This document shows, one piece after another, positions 42,201 through 51,409 of a DNA stretch of 64,000 nt (its first letter is position 1; the number at the start of each line of letters is the position of its first letter). Source of the DNA: Flavobacteriales bacterium (lineage in GTDB: Bacteria > Bacteroidota > Bacteroidia > Flavobacteriales_F > PHOS-HE28). The notes below the pieces were generated by a model that searched no databases, was not told the DNA's origin, and was given only the letters and a program-made list of their open reading frames with translations. Location of the stretch: contig JADJOG010000047.1 in assembly GCA_016713865.1 (NCBI GenBank), positions 26,729-90,728 on the forward strand, given 5' to 3'. A program made the translations under genes and the position numbers.

Positions 42201-42556
42201 GACAAAGCGGAGGTCGCGCTGATCGCAGGTGTTGTCGCGTTCACGCGTTCGGGCAACCGATTGAACGCTCCGATGTGCGCTTCAACGACGCTGCCATCCG
42301 CACGTTGATGTATCGCGATGTCGCCATTCCACACCTCGATGCCTTGCCAACGCTGCCGGATGTAGTTGTGAGTGAGGCCAAGTGTTTCCGAATCGTAACG
42401 ATCCTTAATGATCACATCCTGCAGGTCGGCGTCAATCAGATCGGCTTTCGCCAACCGGGATTGAATTGAGCCGAGCAATGAGGCAGCATCGTCCTGCGCA
42501 TGCCCGAAGGAAACGCTGGTGACCAGAACGAGTGCGACTAAGAATCTCAGGATCAT
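39283..42556 (-). pseudogene. M36 (fungalysin-like) zinc metalloprotease, copy 2, with T9SS C-terminal sorting domain. One frameshift near 41650.
   Basis: Signal peptide MILRFLVALVLVTSVSFGHAQ (ORF 41591..42613). HEYGHGVSNRL in ORF 39283..41853. C-terminal ...VYFLRIGPDGAFGVERLVVSE. Confidence 0.75.
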
Positions 42557-42719
42557 GGCATTTGCGGGATCGAAAATAGGGGCACGCCGCACATTCAACA
42601 ATAGCCCCTGCAATCGGTTCGATTGGGTCCTTGGCCCCTCTGCGAGGCTACATTTGGACCGCCGTTAAGAACGCCGTGCTTCGCAAACGCCTCTCAACGA
42701 GGACCAAATAGACAGATTC

Positions 42720-43130
42720 ATGTACCCCCCCGAACTCACCGCCCCTATGGCCATGGACCTGGTGTCCGCTGGCTTCGAAGAACTGAAAACACCCGAACAG
42801 GTTGATAAGGCCCTGAGCCAGCCCGGCACCGTGCTCTGCGTGGTTAATAGCGTTTGCGGTTGCGCCGCAGGAGCAGCTCGCCCCGGTGCCAAGCATAGCC
42901 TGCGCGGAGCTAAACGCCCAGATAAGATGGTCACGGTTTTCGCTGGCGTGGATACTGACGCCGTGATCCGTGCGCGCCAGCATTTCCTGCCTTACCCGCC
43001 GAGCAGCCCGAGCATGGCGCTTTTCAAGGATGGCAAGCTGGTCCACTTCCTGGAGCGCCACCACATTGAGGGCCGTACGGCCGAGATGATCGCCGATAAT
43101 TTAGCGATGGCTTACGAGGAGTTCTGCTAG
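42720..43130 (+). CDS. bacilliredoxin (BrxA/BrxB, YphP/YqiW family, DUF1094)
   Basis: VVNSVCGCAAG active-site motif and SSPSMAL, collinear with Bacillus YphP. Confidence 0.8.
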   Translation: MYPPELTAPMAMDLVSAGFEELKTPEQVDKALSQPGTVLCVVNSVCGCAAGAARPGAKHSLRGAKRPDKMVTVFAGVDTDAVIRARQHFLPYPPSSPSMALFKDGKLVHFLERHHIEGRTAEMIADNLAMAYEEFC

Positions 43131-43146
43131 TCGCGAAACAATTCTT

Positions 43147-43190
43147 GCACGAGCGCCCCGGCACAATGCCGGGGCGCTCGTGTTTCGGTT
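43147..43190. terminator. bidirectional intrinsic terminator between convergent genes
   Basis: GCACGAGCGCCCCGGC-acaat-GCCGGGGCGCTCGTG followed by TTTCGGTT. Confidence 0.6.
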
Positions 43191-43215
43191 CCCGCTCACG
43201 GCAATTGTTCGGTCC

Positions 43216-46200
43216 TCACATTCGTCGGCACATTGCCGCCGATGTTCCTAGGATCGGGTCGCGGTCGTTGCTGTTGCCGGTGTACTTCACACTCCCGTCA
43301 AGGTTCACATCCTCGATCCGGTAGCCGGTGATGCTAGCTGTTGGCACGCTGCCGCCGATCGCGGTGAGGATCGGGTCGCGGTCATTGAATTCGCCCGTGT
43401 ACTTGAGCAGCGCATCGCGCAGCACATTCCCGCTCCAAAGCGTGCGAATGGACCCAACGATGCGTGTAGGCTCGGTGCCGTGCAGCGCGAGCGCAGTACT
43501 GGTGAAGTCGATTGCGGTTGAAGCGGTGGTGAGCGCGTAACCCGTGCTCGTCATGGCGCCCAAGTGGTTGCGGTGGCGCACAGCGATGCGGTATGTCCCG
43601 CCCGGAGCGAGCAGCGCAATGGGTGATACGCCATCCTCCGCCACAACATCGCCATCGCGCTGCACAAGCGCCGGGCGCGTGGCCATGATGGTGCTAGGCG
43701 TTGCATTGCTGCGAAGCTCAACCAGCACCCAATCAACGATCGCGTCGCCGCCTGTTCGTGGCAACACACCAGCTTGTATGATCTCGCCGCCGCCATCACT
43801 CGCCTGCGTGAAGCCGAGTGATGTGTATGGTTCCGCATTCGGGATTAATGATGTCGAACGCAGGTTGTCGCGCATGAGTCCAGTGTTGTCGTCATAGGCG
43901 CCATCGAGCATCAGTTTCAGCGCGAGTCGCATGCCTTGGTTCACCACCTCGATGTTGTCGAGATAAAGGCGGTCGCCGTCGCCATTCACACCGGTGAATC
44001 GGATCACCGCGCTCTGTCCGTCATATGCACTGATGTCGAGGTCGTGCAGCATCCATTGGTTGGCTGCCGTGGGCGCCCAAGGGTTCGAGCCTGTGGTCGA
44101 AGTGCCCAACGCGGCCGCTTGCGCGTAGTAAAGCTGCGTCCAGCTTTGCCCGCAATTGGTGCTGATCTCCACGCGCAGGCCATCAGGATAGCTGGCGCCA
44201 TAGGGCTTGTAGGCATGATGGAAGCGCAAACGGGTTCCTGCGCTGCCGCCGAGGGTGATAACTGGTGTTATCAGCCGGTCCTGCTGACCTGGGGCGTTGT
44301 AGTAGTAATAGTCCATGCGCCATGCGCGTGTGGCAGCGCCGGTTGGGCCAGTCACGCTCACGTTGGTCCATGTGTCGAGGCCATCGGCATTCTCCAAGCG
44401 CCAGCCCGTGGGCGTGACTGCCTGGTTCTCTGCATCGGCAAGCAGCGGTGCGTTCGCTGTGAAGTTGGCGTAGGTAATGAAGGAGTTTAGTGTCTTCGTA
44501 CTGGTTCCGTTCGCATCGGTGACGGTGAGTGTGACATCGTACACGCCCGGCGCGCTGTAGGTGACGAGCGGACTGCGATTGTTGCTGGTCGATGGCGATC
44601 CGCCGGGGAAGCTCCAGATCCACGAGTAGCCGTTACCGCTGAGCACGCTGTTATCATAGAACTGCACGCTGGGCGCGAGGCAGGTGATCGTGGTCTTGTC
44701 AGAGCAGAAGTTGGCGACAGGTTGACTGGCGGTTTCCAGCGCACTCTCCCAAACGCTGCGGTCTGTGCCGTTGCGGATCTTCTGGTCGCGGTAATTGATC
44801 AAGAGCTTCGTGCTGAAGATCTTCGCGGGAAGACCCGTGTTCCATAGCGCCCATGCAGGTGCTGCATCGCTGCGGTAGAACACGGCTCGTCGCGTGCCGA
44901 TGTAGAGCCCGCCGTTCGTTCCAAGTTGGTGCGCGATGTTGGTGGGCCACTCGTTGTTCAGGTTGGCGTCGGTGATGTTGGTCCAGTTCGCTCCGCCATT
45001 GGTGCTGCGGAAAACCACGTATCCGTTGATGTTGGGATAATCCCCGTACTGGCTGGTGCGCACGAGCCAGATGGTCTGTGGATCGGTGGCGCTGACGGCG
45101 ATGTCGTAAGGCACCCACGTGTTGCCATTGATGGTTCCGCTGCTCGGGGTGATGTTCGTCCAATTCGCACCGCCATTGGTGCTGCGCCAAACCTTCTTTT
45201 CGCCCCACCAGTCGATATAGGTGCATGCGTACAACGTGTTCGGGTCGCTGAAGCTCACTTCGATGCTGGTCACGTACTCGCCGAAATCGTACACCTGCGT
45301 GAAGCCCGCGCCATTGTCGTCTGTCCGCCAGATGGCCGTTCCATTGCCCACGAAGGCAGTGTTCACCAAGTTGGGGTGCCACACGATTTCGCTGCTGTGG
45401 CCAGTGATGTAGTCGGCGTTCGGCTGGCGGCTCCAGTTCGCGTTGCCGTTGCTCACGTTGCGATCGCCGCTCAAGGTCTTGTAGCCGTAATCGCTCAGCG
45501 CGCGGCGGTCGTATTGAGGATGCACGAAGCCGCGTAGGCCATCGCCGCCGTCGGTGCTTACCCATCCGTTGGTGTACACGTTGTTGTCCTTGAGCAAGGT
45601 GCCGTTGTGGTAGGTGCCGCCCAGCATCACGTTGCTGCCGGTCCATCCGCCAGCGCCGAAGCCCCAGAAGTCGGTGCCCGCAATGCCGAACATGCGCCGC
45701 TGGAAGTTGGCGCCGCCATCGCTGCTGTAGAAGATGCCGCCGTCGTTGGCCACCCATACCTCGTTGCCGTAGTAGCGGATGTCGTGGATGTCGGCATGCA
45801 CGTAATCCACCTTGTTGCTATGGCTCCACTTCGCCGGACACGTGAAGGTGACGCCGCCGTCGGTGCTCACCCACCGGTTCACTGCGCCCACTTGAAGTTT
45901 GTTCGCGTTGGTGGGGTCAACATCGAAGGCGAGATCGTAGTAGTACTGCCCACCATCGTCAAGCCCTTGGTCATCCCAGCCCATCAGGTTGCGGTTGCTG
46001 GCCGATGGCGCGCCGCCGGGCTGAGGGCCGCAGCATGTGAAGGACCAAGTACTTCCGCTATCGGTGCTCTTGTAGATGCCGTACAGTCCCGTGCCGCCAT
46101 TCACTTCGCCAGTGCACAGCGCGTACACGTTGTTGGGCGCTGCGGCGCTCACGGCGATCTCGGTGCGCTTTTGCTCTTCCGGGCTAACGGGCAGTGGCCA

Positions 46201-47139
46201 GCCGGTTCCAACTTGCGTGAAGCTCACACCGTTATTGGTGCTGCGCCAGAACTCGGTTCGATTGCTCACCTGCTTGATGGCGTACACCGTGTTCATGTCG
46301 CCGGGCTTGAACTCCAGTTCTTGCCAGATTCCGGGTTGCACCTGCGTGAAGGACGCGCCTGCATTCGTGCTTCGGTACAAACCCTGATTGCTGATCACGA
46401 AGAGGATCTGATTGTTGGTGGGGTGCAGCACGATATCGCGGATGGTGTGGCTCACGCTGGTGAATGGCGATCCGCCGATCACGGCCCAGTTGGCGCCGCC
46501 ATCGGTGGTCTTGTACAAGCTGCCCGCTCCGCCGAACCAGGCCGTGTTCTGCACCGTGTTATCCAGTTCAACGCTCAGCACTTCGCCCACCATCATGGCC
46601 TTGGTCACGTTCGTCCAGTTGAGGCCCTTGTCGGTGCTCATCCACACGCCAGCGTTGGCGGTGCCTGCGTAGAGCAGATTCGCGTTCACCATGCTCTGCT
46701 CAACGGTGTACACGTGCGCCGCGCCGCAGGCGTAGCTCTTGTCCACCGCACCATGATCCCAGTCGAAGGGGCCGATGCAGGTCCAGTTGGCCGTGCGATC
46801 GCCGCTTGCCGATGCCGCGAGGTATTGCCCGAGACTCTCTTCATAGTCTTCGCGTTGCGCCACGTCGCGCGGAATAATGTTGTGACCGACCTCGCGCTTC
46901 CAACGCTTGAAGTATTGCGTGTGCGCGTTCTTCACGAAGGGATGCGTGGCGTAGTAGGCATCGTAGGCCGCTTGCACCGCGCCGGCATCGGCATCTGGGG
47001 CATACATCAGCTGCGCCCATTGGGGCAGATCGGTTCCATGAGCGGGAACGAGCTGCTCGCTGCGCTGGGCATACAGGAGGCCGTGCAGAACAAGGCTAAG
47101 TGAAGGAAGAAGGAACGCATGCGTGCAGGTTTGGCGCAA
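43216..47139 (-). CDS. large secreted BNR/Asp-box repeat protein (sortilin/VPS10-like beta-propellers) with shared middle domain and dockerin-like C-terminal module
   Basis: Signal peptide. At least nine S-x-D-x-G-x-x-W/F Asp-box motifs (STDGGANW, KSTDSGSTW, ...). C-terminal 230 aa about 60% identical to the tail of M36 copy 1. Length 1307 aa, uninterrupted. Confidence 0.75.
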   Translation of the reverse strand: MRQTCTHAFLLPSLSLVLHGLLYAQRSEQLVPAHGTDLPQWAQLMYAPDADAGAVQAAYDAYYATHPFVKNAHTQYFKRWKREVGHNIIPRDVAQREDYEESLGQYLAASASGDRTANWTCIGPFDWDHGAVDKSYACGAAHVYTVEQSMVNANLLYAGTANAGVWMSTDKGLNWTNVTKAMMVGEVLSVELDNTVQNTAWFGGAGSLYKTTDGGANWAVIGGSPFTSVSHTIRDIVLHPTNNQILFVISNQGLYRSTNAGASFTQVQPGIWQELEFKPGDMNTVYAIKQVSNRTEFWRSTNNGVSFTQVGTGWPLPVSPEEQKRTEIAVSAAAPNNVYALCTGEVNGGTGLYGIYKSTDSGSTWSFTCCGPQPGGAPSASNRNLMGWDDQGLDDGGQYYYDLAFDVDPTNANKLQVGAVNRWVSTDGGVTFTCPAKWSHSNKVDYVHADIHDIRYYGNEVWVANDGGIFYSSDGGANFQRRMFGIAGTDFWGFGAGGWTGSNVMLGGTYHNGTLLKDNNVYTNGWVSTDGGDGLRGFVHPQYDRRALSDYGYKTLSGDRNVSNGNANWSRQPNADYITGHSSEIVWHPNLVNTAFVGNGTAIWRTDDNGAGFTQVYDFGEYVTSIEVSFSDPNTLYACTYIDWWGEKKVWRSTNGGANWTNITPSSGTINGNTWVPYDIAVSATDPQTIWLVRTSQYGDYPNINGYVVFRSTNGGANWTNITDANLNNEWPTNIAHQLGTNGGLYIGTRRAVFYRSDAAPAWALWNTGLPAKIFSTKLLINYRDQKIRNGTDRSVWESALETASQPVANFCSDKTTITCLAPSVQFYDNSVLSGNGYSWIWSFPGGSPSTSNNRSPLVTYSAPGVYDVTLTVTDANGTSTKTLNSFITYANFTANAPLLADAENQAVTPTGWRLENADGLDTWTNVSVTGPTGAATRAWRMDYYYYNAPGQQDRLITPVITLGGSAGTRLRFHHAYKPYGASYPDGLRVEISTNCGQSWTQLYYAQAAALGTSTTGSNPWAPTAANQWMLHDLDISAYDGQSAVIRFTGVNGDGDRLYLDNIEVVNQGMRLALKLMLDGAYDDNTGLMRDNLRSTSLIPNAEPYTSLGFTQASDGGGEIIQAGVLPRTGGDAIVDWVLVELRSNATPSTIMATRPALVQRDGDVVAEDGVSPIALLAPGGTYRIAVRHRNHLGAMTSTGYALTTASTAIDFTSTALALHGTEPTRIVGSIRTLWSGNVLRDALLKYTGEFNDRDPILTAIGGSVPTASITGYRIEDVNLDGSVKYTGNSNDRDPILGTSAAMCRRM

Positions 47140-47292
47140 GATGCTTCCCAGCGGTGAATGCGCGCCATGCGATTCGACAGGCGGGTTGGGATCTTGAACA
47201 TCAGCCCGCCGGATGCGTGCGAGCCAATATGCCGAATGCCGTGCAACGCCGCAATTCTTTGGTCATTACAAACAATCAACTAAAAGGTTGAA

Positions 47293-47300
47293 TATATTTG
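47293..47300 (+). promoter_or_regulatory. candidate Bacteroidota sigma-A -7 box (TATATTTG), 5 nt upstream of the ATG. Implies a leaderless or near-leaderless mRNA.
   Basis: Exact match to TAnnTTTG. Confidence 0.25.
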
Positions 47301-47305
47301 CCCCC

Positions 47306-47798
47306 ATGGAAACACGACACTACCACTATCAGTTCACCGTGCCGGCCAGCCCAGAGCGGGTGCTGGACGCCATCACACGCATACCGGATTGGTGGACCAT
47401 CAACATGGAAGGCCAATGCCGAAAGCTCGGCGATGAGTTCACCGTTCAATTCGCCGATGTGCATCGCACCACGCAGCGCGTCACCGAATTCGAGCCCGGC
47501 AAACGCATGGAGTGGCTGGTGACGGAGAGCCATTTGCCATGGCTGAAGGATGTGGAAGAGTGGAAGGGGCACCGAGATCGTCTTCGCCGTAGAGAAGCTG
47601 GACAGCGGATCACGCTTGTTCTTCACGCACAAGGGCCTCACCCCGACGGTGGAATGCTACGAGCAATGCGAGAAGGGCTGGGCCTTCTTCCTCGGCACCA
47701 GCTTGTACAAGTTGATCACAGAGGGCGTAGTCGAGCCGGATTCATCGGAGCGCACGCATATGGACACCATCGGCCATGTCAGTCCCAAGAACGCTTGA
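47306..47798 (+). pseudogene. SRPBCC (AHSA1/polyketide-cyclase-like) domain protein, frameshifted near 47570
   Basis: N-terminus METRHYHYQFTVPASPERVLDAITRIPDWW in ORF 47213..47917. Continuation ...EIVFAVEKLDSGSRLFFTHKGL... in ORF 47550..47798. Confidence 0.6.
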
Positions 47799-48111
47799 CC
47801 GCACCTTGCAGGCGCTGGCGGATCCCACGCGGCGCGCGATCCTGCAACGGCTATCCTCCGGGGAAGCTCGCGTCACTGAAGTGGCGGAGCCCTTCCGCAT
47901 GTCGCTCAATGCGGTAAGCAAGCACATCATGGTGTTGGAGCGTGCCAAATTGGTGAAGCGGCGCAAGGAGGGGCGCGACCACTACCTCAGCTACCTGCCT
48001 GGCCCCATGGACGAAGCCGCCGAGTGGATTGAACATACACGGAATTTCTGGTCCTCACGGCTTGATGCCTTGGAGCGCCTGCTCCGCGATGAGGACGCCA
48101 AACGAACCTGA
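47776..48111 (+). CDS. ArsR/SmtB-family transcriptional regulator
   Basis: LADPTRRAILQRL...ARVTEVAEPFRMSLNAVSKHIMVLERAKLV winged HTH. Length 111 aa. Confidence 0.8.
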   Translation: MSVPRTLDRTLQALADPTRRAILQRLSSGEARVTEVAEPFRMSLNAVSKHIMVLERAKLVKRRKEGRDHYLSYLPGPMDEAAEWIEHTRNFWSSRLDALERLLRDEDAKRT

Positions 48112-48128
48112 ACAACAACACCGATCAC

Positions 48129-48662
48129 ATGGACAAATACGGAACACTCATCGCGCCGAACACGATCCGATTCGAGCGCCTTTTGCCCGGCCCTATCGAG
48201 CGCGTCTGGGCTTACCTCACCGATTCGGAGAAACGCGCCAAGTGGCTGGCCAGCGGTCCGATGGAGCTGCGCGTGGGCGGCGATGCACGGCTTACTTGGC
48301 TGCACACATCTCTCGATGCCGCCGCTGAGGAAGCGCCAGAGCGCTACCGCAATGGACATTCGATGGAGGCGCGCATCACGCAATGCGATCCGCCCTTCAA
48401 GCTGGGCTTCACGTGGGGGGCTGATCCTGCGCGTTTGTCGGAAGTGGTCTTCGAGCTGACCGAGGTAGGCAACGAGGTGCGCATGGTGCTCACGCATCAT
48501 CGTTTGCCCGATCGCAAGGACCTGCTTGGCGTTTCAGGTGGCTGGCATACGCATCTGGATGTACTGGTCGAGCACCTCAACGGACGCACAGCGCCGGGCT
48601 TCTGGAGCACGCATGCTGAGAATCGGAAGGTGTACGAAGCGCGCATAGAAGCGAGTGAGTGA
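48129..48662 (+). CDS. SRPBCC (AHSA1-like) domain protein
   Basis: 177 aa. Typical ArsR-associated SRPBCC partner. Confidence 0.7.
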   Translation: MDKYGTLIAPNTIRFERLLPGPIERVWAYLTDSEKRAKWLASGPMELRVGGDARLTWLHTSLDAAAEEAPERYRNGHSMEARITQCDPPFKLGFTWGADPARLSEVVFELTEVGNEVRMVLTHHRLPDRKDLLGVSGGWHTHLDVLVEHLNGRTAPGFWSTHAENRKVYEARIEASE

Positions 48663-48688
48663 GTGCTTGCCGAACTGCTTGAAAAGCT

Positions 48689-48722
48689 GAAGCCCCGACC
48701 ATGTGGCCGGGGCTTCTTTATT
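48689..48722. terminator. bidirectional intrinsic terminator between convergent genes
   Basis: GAAGCCCCG-accatgtggc-CGGGGCTTC followed by TTTATT. Confidence 0.55.
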
Positions 48723-48736
48723 CGAGTCGAGGATGC

Positions 48737-50119
<1,383 letters not shown>

Positions 50120-50130
50120 TTAAGCGGGCG

Positions 50131-50138
50131 CAAATGTA
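50131..50138 (-). promoter_or_regulatory. candidate -7 box TACATTTG for gdhA (minus strand), about 38 nt upstream of the start codon
   Basis: The reverse complement of CAAATGTA matches TAnnTTTG. Confidence 0.3.
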
Positions 50139-50176
50139 GGCGGGGGCAACAATCAGCCAATTGATCGGAACCAAGG

Positions 50177-51283
50177 TCAATTCAATTCATACACCTTCCC
50201 CGGTAGCGCCCGCACCACGCCGCTGAACTCCATGTTCAGCAGCAGCCCGGCCACTTTGCCCTGCGGCCATTTGCTCTGCGCGCACAGCTCGTCGATGTGG
50301 AGCTTGCCCTTTGCCTTGATGAGGTCAACCAGCTTTTGCTCATCGGGCATCAGTTCGGCGAACAGCGCGGCCTGAACGTGGACTTTCTTCTTCTTCGGCA
50401 GCCATTCCATCAGGGTGATCACATCCTTCGCGTTGTTGATCAGCGCCGCTTTGTTCTGCTGGATGAGCTTGTTGCAGCCTTCACTCTTCGGGTCGGTGGG
50501 GCGCCCGGGGAAGGCGAATACCTCGCGGTCGTAGCTGCTGGCGATGTCGGCCGAGATGAGCGAGCCTCCTTTGTTGGCGCTCTCGACAACGATGGTGCAA
50601 TCGCTCAGGCCCGCGATCACACGGTTGCGCGCTGGGAAATTGCCGGGCGCGAATGGCGAACCGCTGGGCAATTCACTCACCAACGCGCCATGCTTCACCA
50701 TCTCCTTCGCCGTGGCGGCGTGATCACTTGGATAAAGCTTGTCCAATCCATGCGCTACGCAGCCAATCGTGGGCAGGTCGTTCTTCAGCGCGTAACGATG
50801 CGCAACGATGTCGATGCCATAGGCGAGTCCGCTCACGATGGTGGCATTCACTTCCTTCAGGCCTTCGACCAACTCGATGCAAAGGCGTTTGCCCTGCTCC
50901 GTTGGCGTGCGTGTTCCCACGATGCTCACCATGCGCTCTGCATCCAGTTCCGCATCGCCCTTCGCGAAGAGGATCACCGGAGCATCCTCGCATTGCTTCA
51001 AGCGCTTGGGGTATTCGGCATCGAGGTAGAAGAGCATGCGCAACTTGTTCTTGCGCACATAGGCCAGCTCCTTCTCGGCCGCAGGAAGCACCTTCTTATC
51101 GGTGATGCTGGCGATGAGCTTGGGGCCTATGCCGGGCACCTTCTCCAGCGTGTTCTTGAGCTTCTTATCGGAGAATATCGGATCCACTCCGCCGCAATAG
51201 GCAACCAGATTGCGTGCATTCATGGGGCCGATGCCCTTGAGCATGCTAAGGGCGATGCGATGGATGAGTTCTTGGTCGGTCAT
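50177..51283 (-). CDS. dprA: DNA-processing protein DprA (SMF)
   Basis: Rossmann-like DprA core (GIDIVAHRYAL, GGSLISADIA). ATG at 51283 chosen; an alternative GTG is at 51301. Confidence 0.85.
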   Translation of the reverse strand: MTDQELIHRIALSMLKGIGPMNARNLVAYCGGVDPIFSDKKLKNTLEKVPGIGPKLIASITDKKVLPAAEKELAYVRKNKLRMLFYLDAEYPKRLKQCEDAPVILFAKGDAELDAERMVSIVGTRTPTEQGKRLCIELVEGLKEVNATIVSGLAYGIDIVAHRYALKNDLPTIGCVAHGLDKLYPSDHAATAKEMVKHGALVSELPSGSPFAPGNFPARNRVIAGLSDCTIVVESANKGGSLISADIASSYDREVFAFPGRPTDPKSEGCNKLIQQNKAALINNAKDVITLMEWLPKKKKVHVQAALFAELMPDEQKLVDLIKAKGKLHIDELCAQSKWPQGKVAGLLLNMEFSGVVRALPGKVYELN

Positions 51284-51409
51284 GGATTCAATTGGTGACA
51301 CGGATAGCGCGGTTCATCTGCTATGGGGTTGCGCGTTCAAGCCTTCTTCTACATTCGCCCGACCGCCATGGATCCTGTCGATCTGGGCGGCCCCAAGATC
51401 GCCCAACGC

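Noticed and set aside
9800-47139. Mobile genetic element or defence island interpretation of the T9SS cargo region.
   Set aside because: No integrase, transposase, recombinase, restriction, toxin-antitoxin or phage genes were identified. GC content matches the host. Essential genes (polA, recJ, tadA) are interspersed.
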